DNA of 64,000 bases from positions 640,001 through 704,000 of the forward strand of contig CAWCKY010000007.1 in the NCBI GenBank assembly GCA_963796275.1. Reading direction: 5' to 3'. The DNA is from an uncultured Acidobacteriota bacterium. Its GTDB lineage: Bacteria; Acidobacteriota; Blastocatellia; RBC074. A program made the position numbers and the translations under genes. This document shows, piece after piece, positions 10,652 to 21,891 of this stretch (within the stretch, counting starts at the first letter, position 1; each line of letters starts with the position of its first letter). Under the pieces are notes generated by a model, which was not told the origin of the DNA, did no database searches, and saw nothing but the letters and a program-made list of their open reading frames with translations.

Positions 10652-13600
10652 TTAGAAGTAATACTTCAGACCGAACTGTATATTGCGCGCCCCAATTCGC
10701 GTACCACCGATCTGCCCGAAGTTGGTTGCTCCGAAGGAAGTACCGGGATCGCCGAACATGGGAGTATTGGTGACATTCTGGGCTTCAAAACGGATCTCGA
10801 GCCGCTGGCTTTCCCTGGTTGCGATGCTCTTCAGCAGCGCGGCATCAAGCGTCTTGATTCCGGGACCGCGATAGTTCAGGTTGCGCGGAGAGCTGCCCGG
10901 CGTGTCGATGGGAGGCTTCGAGAACGCGTCGGTGTTGAACCAGCCGTTGAGACGATCTTGAGCGCGGCCCGAGGTGCTCGGATCTCCGATCAGGTTCGGA
11001 CGCTGAGTACCATCCCAGATGTTCCCGCCGGACTGCGTCACGTGCAGCGGCATTCCGCTCTGCATGAGAGCCATACCGCTGATGTTCCAGCCGCCTGTCA
11101 GCCAGTTCATCACCCCCTTCATTTTCGAACCGAATCGCCGGTTCTGGCCGAAGGGCAGCTCGTACGTGCCGGTGATCACCACGCGGTGAGCGATATCGTG
11201 CGAGGATAGCCCACGCTCGCCCCGCAGGTCCCAGATGTTCTGGATGCTGGTCGAGCCGCCCAGCCAGGAGACGTTCCCAGAGGTGTGCGAAATGTTGTCG
11301 ATCATTTTCGACCACGTATAGTGCGTTAGAGTGGTGAGACCCTTGCTGAACCGCTTCTCCCACTTGGCCTGCAGAGCGTGGTAGTTGGAATCGCCGCGTG
11401 CGGGTTCAGACGATCCCACGTTGGCGCCGTCGAAATGCGGCATCGGGCGGAGCAAACGGAATAACTGCACCGTCTTGCCGCTGAGCTGCGAGCGTGGATC
11501 GGTGATCTGGCCATAGAAGGGATTCTTCTCCTGAGCCTGCAGAGCCGTACGTCCCCGTCCCCACTGGCTCGGGTGGAGTGGCGAGAGCGTCGTTATCGGC
11601 ACGAACAGGTGTGTTCCGCGGCTGCCGGTATAGTTCACCTCGAGAACGGACTGCAGCGGCAATTCTCTCTGGATCGACAGGTTCCACGAGTGGTACTCGG
11701 GATTCCTGTTATTCGACGGTAGAATCGTACCCGTGCCGCCGATCCCAAGAAGCGTCGCATCCCCCTGTGATCGGCCGGGCGGTTGCAAGATTCCACCGGC
11801 CGAAGCCGGGAACGGATCGGCGAGGTCGCCGGACAGGGTTGCGTTCGAATCGGTCGTCCAGATGACAGGCGAGTTGATCGTGAATCCTGTACCCGGGCGA
11901 CCGAACACGGTGGCGCGAGAGAGCTGGTAAAACAGACCGTAGCCGCCGCGAATGGCGGTCTTCGGGTTGGCCGCAAATGCGAAACCGATGCGCGGCTGCC
12001 AGTTGTTCATGTCCGGGTCGAACGGAGACCGGCGTTCATCATCGTTGAACTTGATCACGCCGCGTGTATCGAGACCTTCAGCTCTGACTGGTGACTGCGC
12101 CTCGAGATCCCAATAACTGTAGCGGTTCTCGAGTTCCCAGCGGGGAACGTCGAAGTCATAGCGCAGGCCGAAGTTGAGCGTCAGCCGGCTGGTGATCTTC
12201 CAGTCATCCTGGAAGTAAAATCCCCAGTAAGCGGAGCGGGAGAATGACTTCGGCTCGATCTGGTACTCGCTGCCGGTCGGCCACCCGAGCAGCATCGTGG
12301 CCAGGCCGTTGCCTTCGTTGCCCGCGCAGGAGTTGAGAAATTGGCAAGTGACTCCACGGCCGAAGTTGAAGCGCCCCGAGGGATTACCGGGCTGGTTGTA
12401 GTCAAGCCTGTTGTAACGGCGCTCGCCGCCCACCTTAATGCTGTGTCCACCCCAAACTTTCGTCAGCGCGCCGGACCAGTGGTGAACACCTTCCTGCCGG
12501 TCCATGACCCAGTACGGCTCGGTGCCGAACTCCTGGAATCCATCAGGCGCCCAGCGCGGGAACACCTGATGCGTCGCGGTATCCCTCATGTTGGCGGGCA
12601 GTCCGAGTGTGGTGACGTCGAACCCGTATCCCAGCGAGAGGATCGCGGTAAAAGTCAGAGTAGGTATAGCCGTAGCGGAAGACCACCAGCGTTGTTGGGC
12701 TGAATGTGTGGTTGAGCTCGCCCACCATCGCATGGGTTCGCGTACCGTTCGGACCGCCGGTGAAGTAGGCCGGGTTGTCGTCACCGAACAGGTTCGGATT
12801 GGTTCCGTTGCCGCGAGCTTGACTGTATCGTCCGCTTGCCCTCGTGCGGTCGCTGAAGCTGTGATCGCCCCTGATGTTGATCTGATGTCCGGTGTTCCTG
12901 TTGACCCCGTTGTTAAACCAGTTATTGTTGTTGGTGAATGGAGCACCCTGCTGGTTCGGAAGCGGCAGGTAGCTGAGCGCATTGAGTGCGATCGGGTTCA
13001 ACATGTGTTGAGGGATTTTATTCCCGGGGAATGGGCGGCGCTCGACCTCGCCCTTGGCGTTGGTGAACGTGTCGAATGGATTATAGATCGTCATCAATTC
13101 GCCGGAGGCATTACGCGTCTCCGAGAAGTCACCTTGGCGCTGCAGCGCTGTCGGGACCGTTATATTCTGATTGGTCGGTTCCCCCGTCTTCGTGTATTCG
13201 TAACCGCCGAAGAAGAATGTCTTGTTGCGAATGATCGGTCCGCCCAGGACTCCGCCGAATTGATCGCGGTGGAACGCTGGAAGGGGTTGCCCGGACCGGT
13301 TGGCGAACCAGTTGTTTGCGTTCAAAACTTTATCGCGGAGAAAGTAGTAACCGGTACCGTGGATGTCGTTCGAACCGGAACGGGTCACCATGTTCACCAC
13401 CGCGCCGCCCGTCTGGCCGTACTCCGCCGAGAAGAAGTTCGTCTGCATCTTGAACTCCTGCACCACATCAATGGAAGGTGAGAACTTCAGATCCGTAATG
13501 CCGGAGTTCTGCTCGACGGTCACTACGGTCACGCCGTCCACAAGGACATCCGCGGTCGAGTTGCGCGAGCCGTTTGCGACGAAGTTAGTATTCGAGTCGC

Positions 13601-14111
13601 CGCGTCGTCCACCGGAACCCACCACGCCAGGCGTGAGATAGACCAGGCTCATAGAGTTACGGCCCAGGTTGGGCAATGACAGGATGTACTTGTTCTCGAT
13701 AACCTGACCGAGATTAGCAATCGTCGTATTCACCAGCGGCGCTTCGCCCTGGACCTCGACGATTGACGACACCTCGCCAAGTTGCAACTGAACGTCTATC
13801 GTCGCCTGCTGCTGAACCAAAAGTGGAAATGCGCTTTGAGCATATTTTTTGAAGCCGCTGGCTTCCACGGTCATGTTGTATTGGCCGGGCGGTAGAGCGC
13901 TCACATAATACCGGCCCTCAGAGTCGGTGGTCGTCGGGTGCTGCACGTTGCGGTCAGCTTCCGTGATTATGACTCTCGCGTTGGATACCGCGGCGCCGGT
14001 CTGGTCGGTAACGACTCCGCGAACCGCGGCGGTAAATGACTGGCTCCATGCGGGACCAGTAATCATCAAGAGTAAACAGCCGATACTCGTCATCGATGCA
14101 AGGAATTTCAT
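10652..14111 (-). CDS. Oar-type TonB-dependent receptor with carboxypeptidase-regulatory-like N-domain; one frameshift near 12632
   Basis: GVVTDQTGAAV, QEFKMQTNFFSAEYG, FQDDWK, PRIGFA and C-terminal QFGLKYYF across two ORFs. Confidence 0.88.
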
Positions 14112-14436
14112 AGAACCTCCGTTCGTCAAATGAATTGCCGACCTGGCCAGATTCGGCAAGAGGGAGAATAAAACCGTACCTGCGGTTTTCATATTTAACC
14201 TCCATTGTGTCTTTGCTTGAGTGGAAGGAGACAGCCATCGCTGGTTGCGTGGCGCCGAAATCTATTGAATGTAATCGTTAGATTTTGCCAAGCGCAATTT
14301 ACTCTATAATCTCATGGACGGCAAGGAATTTTGGTTTGACCACTGAAATAATCGGTATTGCACCGGCATGACCCGATGTAATCTGGTTTGGTTTAGCATT
14401 ACCGCTCTGGTACCACACGTAGTAGAGATAGCGGGA

Positions 14437-15672
14437 TCAAAATAAAAGCCGTCCCGCTCGTCCTTCCGTCTGGCGCGTTCCAATTTCCAGGGAGCTTCCA
14501 GCTGCCGGATGAACGCCGTCATCAACTGCCAGAGGCGAAGAAGCCAGCGGCATAGAATACCGCCTCGCCCGATCGATCAGCCGCAAATAGGCTTCATGAA
14601 CAAGTTGCTGCAATTCATCCCGCATTTCAGCCGCCGTCTGGTAGCGCGATGCGCAATCCGTTTCCAATGCCCGATTGATTATGCGTTCCAGTGCAGAGAT
14701 CGTTTCCGGGCGCTCTTGGCGAAGAGGATCTGGCGCGTAATACAGGATAGCGTCTGAGATGGATGCCGGATTTTCGTTTTCGTTCGAGAAAGGTTGGACG
14801 CCCGTGATCATTTCAAAGAGCACGACACCAAGGCTGAAGATGTCAGTGCGGTGATCCACTTTCTGTCCCGCCGACTGTTCCGGAGACATATAGCTGATAG
14901 TGCCCATCACCGCGCCCGCGCCGGTTTGCAGAGGCGATGTCGATTGAATACAGCTATCAGTAGTTCCGATATCGTCTCTACTCAGCTTTGCCAGGCCGAA
15001 ATCCAGGACTTTGACCAGACCATCGAACCTCACCATGATGTTTTCTGGCTTGATGTCACGGTGCACTATCCCCGCCGTGTGAGCCGCATCCAGCGCCCGC
15101 GCAAGCTGAATGGCTATGTCCAACGTTTCATTCAACTTGATTTCTCGGCCGGCAAGACGCTGGCGCAGCGTCTGCCCATCAATGAACTCGGTGGCAATGA
15201 AATGCCCGCACTCATTCTCTTCGATTGCGAAGATGGTGACGATGTTTGGATGGCTGATCATCGAGGCTGCTTGCGCCTCCCTCATAAATCGCTGCACCAG
15301 CTTTTTGTCTCGGGTGAATTCCGGTCGCAGAAACTTGAGCGCGACCTTGCGCTCCAGCCTTAAATCCCGCGCGAGATATACCTCTCCCACGCTCCCTTCG
15401 CCGAGCGCCGATATTACATGATAATGGCTCAGGCTGCTCCCCGGTAATGAACGAGCGGTATTGGTTATGTCTGTTGTGGTGATCGGAGCCAACGCAGGTT
15501 GACCGAGAAAGTTTCCGGCCTGCTCGTGCGCGGCAAGCAGGGATACAACTTCATCGCGCAACTGCTCATCACCTGCACAAGCGCGATCGAGAAAGATCGC
15601 GCACTGATCAGCGTCACGATCAAGGGCGGCAATAAACAGATCTTCGATTTGTCGCCACCGCTCAGGTTGCAT
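14437..15672 (-). CDS. Hanks-type Ser/Thr protein kinase, truncated at the C-terminus (no TM or sensor domain)
   Basis: VALK, HRDIKPEN, DFG, GTISYMSPE; N-terminal ERWRQIEDLF helix typical of ECF-linked kinases. Confidence 0.88.
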   Translation of the reverse strand: MQPERWRQIEDLFIAALDRDADQCAIFLDRACAGDEQLRDEVVSLLAAHEQAGNFLGQPALAPITTTDITNTARSLPGSSLSHYHVISALGEGSVGEVYLARDLRLERKVALKFLRPEFTRDKKLVQRFMREAQAASMISHPNIVTIFAIEENECGHFIATEFIDGQTLRQRLAGREIKLNETLDIAIQLARALDAAHTAGIVHRDIKPENIMVRFDGLVKVLDFGLAKLSRDDIGTTDSCIQSTSPLQTGAGAVMGTISYMSPEQSAGQKVDHRTDIFSLGVVLFEMITGVQPFSNENENPASISDAILYYAPDPLRQERPETISALERIINRALETDCASRYQTAAEMRDELQQLVHEAYLRLIDRARRYSMPLASSPLAVDDGVHPAAGSSLEIGTRQTEGRAGRLLF

Positions 15673-15713
15673 AAATAAATCTGCTCCTTATGCCGCTCGA
15701 TATTCACTGCTGC

Positions 15714-16409
15714 CTAGCTGAGTTCACGGTAGAGCCAGGCCCTGGCAATAGCCCATTCCCGCATTACTGTCTTATGCGAGATACCCAGAATTTCGGCGGT
15801 CTCTTCCACGCTCATTCCACCAAAATAGCGAAGCTCTACCACGCGGCTTTTGCGCGGGTCGATAATAGACAGTCTTGTGAGGGCCTCGTCGAGCGCGATC
15901 ATATCCCTCGCGCCTCCATCAACCAGAATAATCACTTCATTGAGCGAGAGTTTCATCGCTCCGGCGCCGCGCTTGTTCCGCTGAAGACCTTTGGCGTGGT
16001 CAATCAATATCCGCCGCATCATTTGCGCGGCGACCGAAAAGAAATGTGCGCGACCCATCCATTTCACATTCTTCTGACCAATGAGTCGCAGATAGACCTC
16101 GTGAACCAGCGCCGTTGGCTGTAAAGAATGATTTGCTCGTTCGTTCTTCAGGTAATGGCGGGCGAGACGCCGCAATTCGCTATAGACGATGGGAATCAAT
16201 TCGTCCAACGACGCTCCGTAGAGGCTTTTACAATCCGTCAGCGCTCGTTTGGCCTCGACTGCCAAAGCTTTCCTCATAACCCCTCCGAAAATGTCCGATA
16301 AGCTGCCCGAGCTAATCGGCGCTCCCGAAGGCAATCCTTCCCAAAGCCTCCGACAAGCACGGGCAAGCTTGTCGGACATTTCCATCGTTTCAGGGCGCCG
16401 TGACGCCAT
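15714..16409 (-). CDS. ECF sigma factor (TIGR02999-like) with a REP-derived N-terminal insert; start uncertain
   Basis: LQPTALVHEVYLRL, RAHFFSVAAQMMRRILID, VELRYFGG, REWAIARAWL. Confidence 0.88.
   Translation of the reverse strand: MASRRPETMEMSDKLARACRRLWEGLPSGAPISSGSLSDIFGGVMRKALAVEAKRALTDCKSLYGASLDELIPIVYSELRRLARHYLKNERANHSLQPTALVHEVYLRLIGQKNVKWMGRAHFFSVAAQMMRRILIDHAKGLQRNKRGAGAMKLSLNEVIILVDGGARDMIALDEALTRLSIIDPRKSRVVELRYFGGMSVEETAEILGISHKTVMREWAIARAWLYRELS
16290..16380. repeat. Inverted REP pair (REPIN-like) inside the ECF ORF
   Basis: aatgtccgataagct ... agcttgtcggacatt, each arm containing its own hairpin. Confidence 0.7.
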
Positions 16410-16671
16410 GAATGACTTCCTGATACAAAAATAAAGGACTTGAATATCTGTCCGGTGAAAAGTGGTGCTAAAAAATTACAGCTGATATGGGACGTTTTAC
16501 TCTAAATCGTCGCGTTTATCAATGGATTCAGAGCCCAGTCGTCAGCATCTGGTTATCGCACGCCTCTAAAACCTACCCTCCTTTGTAACAGATTGAGTAC
16601 TCTGGGCTCTTCTCAGCATATGGGTAGGGGCAGGGTTACAAAGTAGGGGATAATGACCACAAGGAGAAAAG

Positions 16672-17961
16672 ATGATGCATCGGAAAATGATAGTCAGTGT
16701 TGTTGTCCTTTATGCGCTATTAGCCATGCTCGTCACTAGCGACACAGGGAACTCTGTAATATCTGCCGGCAATAACAATCCGGCGGTGTTGCCTGGGCTT
16801 GCTCAGTTGGATGAGTTCGAGACCTCGGATGATCGTTTTGCCGCGGTCGCCAGGCAGGTTCCCGGTTTTGGCGGCATGTTTTACGATCAAGACGGAACAT
16901 TGCAGGTCTATATGTTGGGACAAAAAGGACCGGCGAATGAAGCCTTTACCGCCTCCCTGGATGATGTAATAACCAGAGAGATTGGGAGAGGGGAACGTTT
17001 ATCCGGTAGAGGCCTTGAGATACTCGAGGGGCAGTATGATTTCCAGGATCTCCATCGCTGGCAGCAGCAGATATCGCCCGACGTGCTGACTCTTCCTGGA
17101 GTTGTCTTCACCGATATCGATGAGGCGACCAATCGCCTTCGGATCGGAATCGCGGATTCGCCAGGCATGACGGAGAGCTTGGAAGTATCCCTGTCCAAAC
17201 TGGGTGTCCCGCGCGATGCAGTGCTGATCAGCGAAACCAAGCCGGTGGTGCCCGAACTCCGAAGCGTCCGCCGGCCGTTGCGCGGCGGTTTGCAAATCAA
17301 CTTCGGCGGATTCTTATGCACGCTCGGTTTTATTGCTACCCGCCAAGGCACGGAAGGTTTTGTGACCAACTCGCACTGTACCAACACACAGGGAGGGGTC
17401 GAAAGTACCGTCTACAATCAGCCGAGCGCCTCTGGAACTGCCAACCGCATTGGCCAGGAGATCGCAGACCCAACCTACTTCACCGGCGGCTCGTGTCCGT
17501 CCGGCAGGCGGTGCCGCTTCAGTGACAGCTCGTTTGTTCGGGTTCCTAATCCGAGTGGGCCGTCGGTCGCTACTGCCCGTGGTAGTATCGCGCGCCCGCC
17601 AGTTGGATCATTTACCTGGAACGGAGTAGATACATTCACCATCACGGCTGAAGCCGCGCCGGTGGTAGGACAGGCCGTGACCAAGGTTGGCCGCACGACA
17701 GGCAGAACCAGTGGTACAGTTCAGCAAACCTGCGCCAACTTTAACGTTTCAGGTTCAACCATCACTCAACTTTGCCAAAGCCGCGCGTCATTTGAGAGCG
17801 CTGGCGGAGATAGCGGTTCCCCCGTCTTTCGTATTACTGCCTTACCGAATGTTACACTGGTCGGCATCCACTGGGGGAGTGGAGGGGTATTTAGCCCGAT
17901 CACAGGTATCCAGATGTCCGGGGAGTTGGGATCAGTTTCCACCTGCGCGTCAGGCTGTTGA
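16672..17961 (+). CDS. Secreted S1-family (alpha-lytic-protease-like) serine protease with propeptide
   Basis: Signal peptide; CTLGF, TNSHC, KVGRTTG, GDSGSP. Confidence 0.88.
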   Translation: MMHRKMIVSVVVLYALLAMLVTSDTGNSVISAGNNNPAVLPGLAQLDEFETSDDRFAAVARQVPGFGGMFYDQDGTLQVYMLGQKGPANEAFTASLDDVITREIGRGERLSGRGLEILEGQYDFQDLHRWQQQISPDVLTLPGVVFTDIDEATNRLRIGIADSPGMTESLEVSLSKLGVPRDAVLISETKPVVPELRSVRRPLRGGLQINFGGFLCTLGFIATRQGTEGFVTNSHCTNTQGGVESTVYNQPSASGTANRIGQEIADPTYFTGGSCPSGRRCRFSDSSFVRVPNPSGPSVATARGSIARPPVGSFTWNGVDTFTITAEAAPVVGQAVTKVGRTTGRTSGTVQQTCANFNVSGSTITQLCQSRASFESAGGDSGSPVFRITALPNVTLVGIHWGSGGVFSPITGIQMSGELGSVSTCASGC

Positions 17962-18023
17962 TCAACTCGACGTATCTGACCTTGGCCCGTCCAAGGTCAG
18001 ATGCTCCAAAAGTGAGATCAAAA

Positions 18024-18503
18024 ATGATAGCAATGTATTGGATCGGCCTGTTGCTCTTGCTTTCCATGACGCTTCTCGGCTTTAACGGATGTAGCCATCA
18101 GGCTGATCAACCGGGCCGCCCGGAAGACCCTCTTTCGCTGGAGGCGCCGGATGAAGTCGAAGCAGGCCAGACGGTAAATTCAAAGCTAATCTGGCAGAAT
18201 CTGACCGACAAACCGGTCGAGCTTATACTCGGAGGTCGTCCTGCATATGATTTCGTCTTGACCTCCAGCGAGGGTAAAGAGATATGGCGATGGCGTGATG
18301 GACAAACGGTTCAGGAGATCCTCGAAATAAAGACAATGGATCCTGGTCAGAAGCTGGAATTTACGTCGGAGTGGCGGCTAGTGGATCAATCTGGCGCCGA
18401 ATTGCCACCTGGACGTTATACGTTGCATGGAATTTTGAATTTAGACCCACCGACGGTGATAAAGACGAAACCACAGCCATTGATCATTCGGAATAAAAAG
18501 TGA
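18024..18503 (+). CDS. BsuPI-like proteinase inhibitor domain lipoprotein
   Basis: Lipobox-like FNGC; YDFVL..EGKEIWRW, TMDPGQ, W..D..G..LPPGRY. Confidence 0.7.
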   Translation: MIAMYWIGLLLLLSMTLLGFNGCSHQADQPGRPEDPLSLEAPDEVEAGQTVNSKLIWQNLTDKPVELILGGRPAYDFVLTSSEGKEIWRWRDGQTVQEILEIKTMDPGQKLEFTSEWRLVDQSGAELPPGRYTLHGILNLDPPTVIKTKPQPLIIRNKK

Positions 18504-18538
18504 GATATGCTCACCCGGGAATCAGGTAATCTAAAAGT

Positions 18539-19111
<573 letters not shown>

Positions 19112-19296
19112 ATTTTGCACAGCCAGCAGAGAGCACACCATCAACCTCTTATACATCCTGAACTAGTCGACTTGCTCCGGCGTGAAAGCCATCTCGGGCG
19201 TAGGTCTGGACTCTTACAGGCCCGGCCCTAGCGCAACTGAACTCAATCATGTAGTCGAGTTGAGAAGACAACCGCGAATTTTATCTCGAAAAGCCA

Positions 19297-20121
19297 TCAT
19301 CTGTCTGCCACTTTGACCTGCGACATGCTATTCAGATATATATCGATCATCTCTTCTTCGCGGGATACTTTACGGCGATCGAGAAAACCGGAGATGACAA
19401 CTACCTTTCCTTCAAGCGACTCGAGATAACGATCTAAATCATGGTTTTTATCTTCCCTTCGTTCGAGCCTCACGAGCTTCTCTCCGTTATGGGCATTCGC
19501 GTCAGGGGTACTGATGTAATAACAGTTGCTTCTATGAAAAAGTGTGCCTCTAACTTCCAGCTTGACGTAATCCAATTGATCCTGAGTAATTACTTTATGC
19601 TCTTCAATGAATTGAGTTCTGACCACTACAGTTCCTGCGATGACATCATGCAAAGCGCGCCTTTTCTCATTTGTTAACATGGTTACAAATTCAGCTATGA
19701 ACCAGCCCAAACCTACGTTTCCTATCGAGTTGGTCAGCAATTCCATAGTAGATAATTCAACATCGCCGCTAAAGAATTTCTGGAAGAGGAAAAGTATCAG
19801 CTTGATAGTACAGAGCCCACCATACACACCTTCTCGCAGGAACGCTTGGCGCAGCGATATTGGGGATTCGGTAATGTCTACCACTTTTATCCCGGCGACC
19901 TTTTTGCCGACGGTTTGGCCATAGTACCCATGCATAAGGACGTTGTAGACCCAATACGCCGAATGACTAACAATCGCCCACTCAACTACCACTTGAGTGG
20001 ACGGGTCGGAAGAGGTGAACAGCTTCTCTATCAATGCGATGGGCATTAGCACAAGGCCGTCTATGAAGCCAGCTATTAGGCGAGGCCAGAATGTTCTGTA
20101 CTTGAGTCGGGGAGAGCTCAT
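19297..20121 (-). CDS. RDD family membrane protein with C-terminal extension
   Basis: FWPRLIAGFID, GQTVGK, RALHDVIAGT. Confidence 0.85.
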   Translation of the reverse strand: MSSPRLKYRTFWPRLIAGFIDGLVLMPIALIEKLFTSSDPSTQVVVEWAIVSHSAYWVYNVLMHGYYGQTVGKKVAGIKVVDITESPISLRQAFLREGVYGGLCTIKLILFLFQKFFSGDVELSTMELLTNSIGNVGLGWFIAEFVTMLTNEKRRALHDVIAGTVVVRTQFIEEHKVITQDQLDYVKLEVRGTLFHRSNCYYISTPDANAHNGEKLVRLERREDKNHDLDRYLESLEGKVVVISGFLDRRKVSREEEMIDIYLNSMSQVKVADR

Positions 20122-20274
20122 GATATTAGCCTTTACTCCTTTTATCGTTGTCGTGAGAAGTGTCTTGTGCGGCAATTCAGCTACAATTTCGCACACAGAT
20201 ATTTTGGCTGTCTGGTGACTCTATAAATTACAAACCGCTCGTTCTCTTTCATATGGCAGTAAAATGAACGACCA

Positions 20275-20454
20275 TCAGTAACGACCGTCACGTGTGATGA
20301 ATGGCTCCATTGCGTGGTCGCTGTAACCACTTATCGTAATTCGCTCTGAATTGCCGAAGCCCATGTATTCGCGCTCTCTTTGCGATGCAACGGTTACCGC
20401 CGCCGATTGGCACGCTGTGAGAGCGAGCAATAATACGACTGTGATTTTATACAA
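20275..20454 (-). pseudogene. 5' remnant of a lipoprotein with a PD40/WD40-like repeat
   Basis: Translates MYKITVVLLLALTAC...HAMEPFITRDGRY*; stop falls in a short ggtcgtt duplication. Confidence 0.5.
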
Positions 20455-20500
20455 GGGAACCGCCTTTTAGGCTGTAAGTTCTGTCGGAAAACCGCAGCAA

Positions 20501-21076
20501 TTAGTGTATCTTCTTTCCATCGTTGAGCATACTGACGAACTTCTCGATGCGTCGTTCGCGCGTTTCAGGCTTCTTCGCATCATGAATTCGATACAAAATA
20601 GCGTACCTGTTCTTGCTGTCGAGATTGGCAAAGAACTCACTGGCTTGCGGATTCTCATCCAGCTTCTTCCGAAGGTCATCCGGCACGGCCATGGTGCGTG
20701 GTGAATCGTACGCCTTATCCCACCGGCCATCACTCTTAGCTAACTCAATCTCTTTGAGCCCGGGAGTCTTCATCTTACCCTGTGCGATGAGGTCTGTGGC
20801 CTTTTTGCAGTTTATCTTCGACCACTTGCTCTTCGGCCCCCGCCGCGTGAATCGCTGCAACCAAAAGTTGTCATCGATTGACGCCGCCTGGCCATCGATC
20901 CAGCCATAGCAGATAGCGGTATCCAGCACTTCCTGGCGGGAGACAGACTTGATCTTTGAGCTCTTCTTTGTGAGCTTGATCCAGATTCCGTCAGATGTCG
21001 CGTGATTCTTCTGAAGCCACTCTTCCCAATCCTCTTGAGAATCGAATTGAATTATCGGTTGACTTTTCTTCGGCAT
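20501..21076 (-). CDS. YdeI/OmpD-associated family protein
   Basis: CYGWIDG, RFTRRGPKSKWSKIN, AKKPETRERR. Confidence 0.88.
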   Translation of the reverse strand: MPKKSQPIIQFDSQEDWEEWLQKNHATSDGIWIKLTKKSSKIKSVSRQEVLDTAICYGWIDGQAASIDDNFWLQRFTRRGPKSKWSKINCKKATDLIAQGKMKTPGLKEIELAKSDGRWDKAYDSPRTMAVPDDLRKKLDENPQASEFFANLDSKNRYAILYRIHDAKKPETRERRIEKFVSMLNDGKKIH

Positions 21077-21085
21077 ACTTACTTC

Positions 21086-21850
21086 TTATGGCCTTACACA
21101 TTCAAAAATAAAACTCTCGTCGTTGTCATCAGGAGCACGGAATTGATATGCCTTGAAGGTTTTGATATCTCTAAATCCCGCGGCAACCAGTAAATCATGG
21201 AATTCTGTCTGATCATAAAATCGAAGATTGAAGTCTTCAAACTCGGTCTCCACCAATTCGCTGCCTCGGCATAGATCGTAACGATGAATGCTTCGAGAGA
21301 CCCGTTCGCCCTCGTTATACGCACTGAGCTGGCTGATGATTATCTTCGCTCCATCGGAACGCTCCACCCATCTTCCACTCCATGATCCTGTGCCCGCCGG
21401 CGGCAGCGATGACGGCAATCGCTCGATTTCAACCACGAACGTAGATCGCGGAAGCATCAGTTCATATATCCGTTTCAGACCCTCTTTGATTGCGTCATGC
21501 TCGGTGATGAGGCAGAAGGACCCTGCGGGTATCATCACCAGTCCGTAGCGGCGAGGCATTACAATCCGTTCAAGAAATTGCTCATACAGACCCAGCTTCA
21601 GCCCTTTGCGTGCGCAATGTTCACGGCAAGCCTGGAGCATATATGGGGAAGCATCGGCGCCATCGATATCAAAGCCCCGCTCGAGCAGGGGGATCAAAAA
21701 TCGCCCGGAACCACACATAGGCTCTAAAATAGGGCCATTTGATTTCTGCGCGTAGTGCAGGAAAAAGCTAAAGGCATCTTCCGGAGGGGCGGGTTTGTCT
21801 ATCTCATAAAATTCTGTGCAAAGTCTTTTGTAACTGTTCACACTTTTCAC
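21086..21850 (-). CDS. Class I SAM-dependent methyltransferase
   Basis: ILEPMCGSGR, DGADASPYML. Confidence 0.85.
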   Translation of the reverse strand: MKSVNSYKRLCTEFYEIDKPAPPEDAFSFFLHYAQKSNGPILEPMCGSGRFLIPLLERGFDIDGADASPYMLQACREHCARKGLKLGLYEQFLERIVMPRRYGLVMIPAGSFCLITEHDAIKEGLKRIYELMLPRSTFVVEIERLPSSLPPAGTGSWSGRWVERSDGAKIIISQLSAYNEGERVSRSIHRYDLCRGSELVETEFEDFNLRFYDQTEFHDLLVAAGFRDIKTFKAYQFRAPDDNDESFIFECVRP

Positions 21851-21891
21851 TGGCCTTCCTGTAACTCGCTGAAGCCCGGAGGTCTTATCTT

